Assembly: GCA_963663235.2 (NCBI GenBank)
Contig: CAXXNO010000011.1
Location: 64,001 to 128,000 of the forward strand
DNA from: Dehalococcoidia bacterium
GTDB taxonomy: Bacteria; Chloroflexota; Dehalococcoidia; Bin125
Length of the DNA stretch: 64,000 bases
Direction of reading: 5' to 3'
Positions 61,279-64,000 of the stretch are shown piece after piece (positions within the stretch are counted from its first letter, which is position 1; every line of letters begins with the position of its first letter). Made by a program: the position numbers and the translations under genes. A model generated the notes under the pieces. It was not told where the DNA came from and did no database searches. It worked only from the letters and a program-made list of their open reading frames with translations.

Positions 61279-63192
61279 CTAGTGGCAGTGGTCGGGCGGG
61301 GCGACATCGAGGGCGGGGTTGCGGTCGAAGAAGCCCCAGGGGCGGAGGGCGAAGCCGGCGCGATGCACGGGCATGATCGGCCAGTCCTCCGGCCGCACGA
61401 TGTGGGTGAGGCCGAGGGTGTACCAGAGGACGACGTCCGTGTCGTCCAGGGGGCGGTCGGCCTGGGTCCAGCGGGGGAGGCCGTCGCCGCCGGGATGCTG
61501 GTTGGGGTAGTCGCCGGCGGGGTAGCGCTCGTCCGGGTCGTACGGCGTGACCCAGAGGGAGTGGCGGCCGAAGGCGGCGCGCTTGCCGGCGCTGGAGTCT
61601 TCGCTCGCCATCATGGGCGTGGTCTCACCGGGGATGAGCGTGTAGCCCACGGCGTGGCCCGAACCGTTGCGGCGTGAAGCGTTGACCACCTTCCAGTAGC
61701 GGGCGGAGTACGGGTCGATGTCGCGCTGGGCGGCGCGCTCCGAGGTGAGCTGGACGGCTCGGGAGCGGAAGGCGTTGCCGTAGGGGTTGCGGGCGCGGTC
61801 CGCGACGGGCTCGGAGGACATCTCGTAGACGGAGTTGTCGGGGCCGTCGACGTCCATGTCCAGGCGGAAGCAGAAGAGGTGCTGGTGGTTGGGCGCGGCG
61901 AGGTTGCGGCTGATGACGGTCGCGGTCTCGGGCGCGGCGCCGGTGGCGATGGCCTGGGTGAGGACGACGCCGGTGGTGCGGACTTCCATTTCGATCGAGC
62001 CGTCCTGGTAGAAGAACCAATAGAAGGCGTAGTCGTAGTTGCCGACGGTGGCGATGAAGGAGACGACGAGGCGGCGGCTGCGTCGCACCTCGGAGGTGTT
62101 CTCGAAGATGTCGGCGTGCTTCCAGAGGAGGCCGAAGTCTTCCTCGTGGATGCAGACGGCGTTGGGGTAGGCCTTGGGCTCGCCCTGCTCGTCGCTGAGG
62201 ACGGCGTCCAGGTAGACGATCTCGCCCAGGCAGTCGCAGCCGTGATCCAGGGCGTTGGTGAAGCGGCCGATGGCGGCCTCGCCGCTGTCGAAGAAGGCGC
62301 GCCAGTATTGCCCGGCGCTCGTGCCGGCGTAGGGGACGACCAGCTCGGCCAGGGAAGCGCGGTAGCAGACGGGGCGCAGGCGACCGTTTTCCTGGTAGGC
62401 GATCTGGTGGAGCACCAGACCCTCGCGGGGGGTCATGCCGATGTGCATGCGCCAGTTCTGCCATCTCAGCTCGTGGCCCACGATCTCGAAGCTCACACCG
62501 TCGGGCTGGGTGATCTCCAGCGGCTTGAGGCCGGTGCGGATGGGGCCGACGGAGTCGACGTCGAAGCGGCAGGTCTCCTCGGGGATGGGGGCGCCGTCGG
62601 CTTCGTCGACGATGTGCAGGATCTCGCCGGACTGCACGTCGAGGAGAGCGACGAGGCCCTCAAGGGGCTGCGCCCAGGGGTAGTCCGCCTTGTGCGGCTT
62701 GCGGTAGGCGAGGACGCGCATGAGGCGCCGGCCGTCGTGCTCGGGCAGGCCGAGGGCGCCGGCGGGCTGGGGCTCGACGTAGACGGTGTCGAGGTCGTCG
62801 ATGCCGCGGCGGCGGACGGCGGCCTGCCACTCCTTGTTCGAGCGGACGGCGTTGATGGCGTCGGCGAACTCCTCGAAGAGGAAGTAGGGCTGGACGTCCG
62901 GCTTGTGCGTCCAGGAGCGGAGGGCGCCGGCGGTGAGGTCGACGACGGCCTCGTGGGTGCGGCCGGAGTCGCGGTCGAGGACGATGGCGAAGGCCTCGCG
63001 GGGGATGGCCGCGTTCGATTTGCCGTCCAGCACCGCAGCCTTGGGCGGCTCGCGCAGCTCAATGGTGACGAAGCGGGCGCGGGGCCCGAGCGGTTGGGCG
63101 TCGCGGACGATGCGGGCGGCGTGGGTGATCTCGTCGGCGGTGAGGGGGTCGAGGGGGTGGGTGATTGTGGTGCGTGCTGCGGTGGTAGTCAT
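61279..63192 (-). CDS. tynA: Copper-containing primary-amine oxidase
   Basis: HPLDPL, TVGNYDY (TPQ site), HQH copper ligands, H..RPEDWP.MP. Confidence 0.93.
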   Translation of the reverse strand: MTTTAARTTITHPLDPLTADEITHAARIVRDAQPLGPRARFVTIELREPPKAAVLDGKSNAAIPREAFAIVLDRDSGRTHEAVVDLTAGALRSWTHKPDVQPYFLFEEFADAINAVRSNKEWQAAVRRRGIDDLDTVYVEPQPAGALGLPEHDGRRLMRVLAYRKPHKADYPWAQPLEGLVALLDVQSGEILHIVDEADGAPIPEETCRFDVDSVGPIRTGLKPLEITQPDGVSFEIVGHELRWQNWRMHIGMTPREGLVLHQIAYQENGRLRPVCYRASLAELVVPYAGTSAGQYWRAFFDSGEAAIGRFTNALDHGCDCLGEIVYLDAVLSDEQGEPKAYPNAVCIHEEDFGLLWKHADIFENTSEVRRSRRLVVSFIATVGNYDYAFYWFFYQDGSIEMEVRTTGVVLTQAIATGAAPETATVISRNLAAPNHQHLFCFRLDMDVDGPDNSVYEMSSEPVADRARNPYGNAFRSRAVQLTSERAAQRDIDPYSARYWKVVNASRRNGSGHAVGYTLIPGETTPMMASEDSSAGKRAAFGRHSLWVTPYDPDERYPAGDYPNQHPGGDGLPRWTQADRPLDDTDVVLWYTLGLTHIVRPEDWPIMPVHRAGFALRPWGFFDRNPALDVAPPDHCH

Positions 63193-63391
63193 GGGGGGGT
63201 CTCCCGTCGGGGGGATAGTAGCGGTTGGGGAGGGACTTGTTCCGTCGCTGGTTGGTTGGCCGGTTACTGGGTAGCGGCGCCACGCTCGACATGACGATGG
63301 GCGTTTATGCGCACCGGGTCTCGGCTGGACTCGGACGTTAGGATGTGACCGGATAGGCAGGCTCTCGTGGCTTTCCGACCGGTTCGCATCC

Positions 63392-64000
63392 TGACCTGCC
63401 CCCGATCGTTGTACCAGTCGTTAAGTCGTTAAGTGAGTCCGATCGCCGGGACGAGCGTCATGGGACGTTCCCGGGGTTGCTGCGTTTCCGGGGCGGGGGG
63501 GCGGTAGCCGAGGGCACGGTGGGGGCGGATCGGGTTGTCCTCCCGCCGCCAGCCCTCGATGAGGATCTGGGCTTCCAGCAGGGTGTCGAAGCGCTCGCGA
63601 TTGAGGCACGCGTCGCGCAGCTTGCCGTTGAACGATTCCCCAGAGCCGTTCGCCCAAGGCCTGCCCGGTTCGATGAAGCGGGTCGTGCCCCCGACCCGGT
63701 GCAGCCAGTCCCGCACCGCGGTGGCGGTGCACGCCGGGCCGTTGGCGGACCGCAGAAACGGCGGCGGCCCGCGCTCGACGAACAGCTGGGCCAACCGCGC
63801 CAGGCCGACGTCGCGGCGCCGTCGGCGGGCGACGTCGAGACGCAGGCCCTCGCGGGTGGTCCTCATCCACGATGGCGAGGATCCGCACCGGGCGCCCCTC
63901 GGCGGTGCGGTCGAAGACGAAGGCGTCGGACCAGACGTGGGACGGCCGCTCGGCCCGCCGCCGCACCAGCGAGCCGGCCGCGAGCCAGCGGCGGCCCCGT
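63392..64000 (-). mobile_element. Second copy of the IS3 element (right part; truncated by the window end)
   Basis: Near-identical to 47606-48206 in reverse orientation, IR TGACCTGCCCCC at 63392. Confidence 0.95.

Overview
High-GC bacterial chromosome segment. Gene content and order (short 166-aa EF-Ts, nusA without rimP, SufR-led suf operon) suggest Chloroflexota, probably Dehalococcoidia-like; this is an inference. About 1-39 kb is mostly housekeeping: Nudix/ASCH/macro genes, the suf operon, clpS, a DtxR-family regulator, fabG-fabD-fabF-fabF-acpP, the rpsB-tsf-pyrH-frr-uppS-cdsA-dxr-rseP-(ispG)-proS-nusA-ylxR-infB-rbfA-truB block, nadC with a nadB remnant, nrtR, miaB and tRNA-Ser(GCT). About 39-64 kb is accessory: a decayed defence islet (hicAB, an AbiJ/HEPN-like gene split by an IS3 element, DUF4145), sucCD, secreted proteins including a clan CD peptidase, hydantoinase B and a copper amine oxidase. 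The most striking signal is that two copies of one IS3 element carry dozens of substitutions, almost all A:T->C:G transversions, apparently confined to the element. This looks like IS-targeted, RIP-like hypermutation. Other notable items: two 24-nt REP-like units inserted in frame inside genes, an RseP protease with two LysM-like domains, an 18-bp tandem array built from two convergent stop codons beside an inverted ispG, and a nadB deletion scar.
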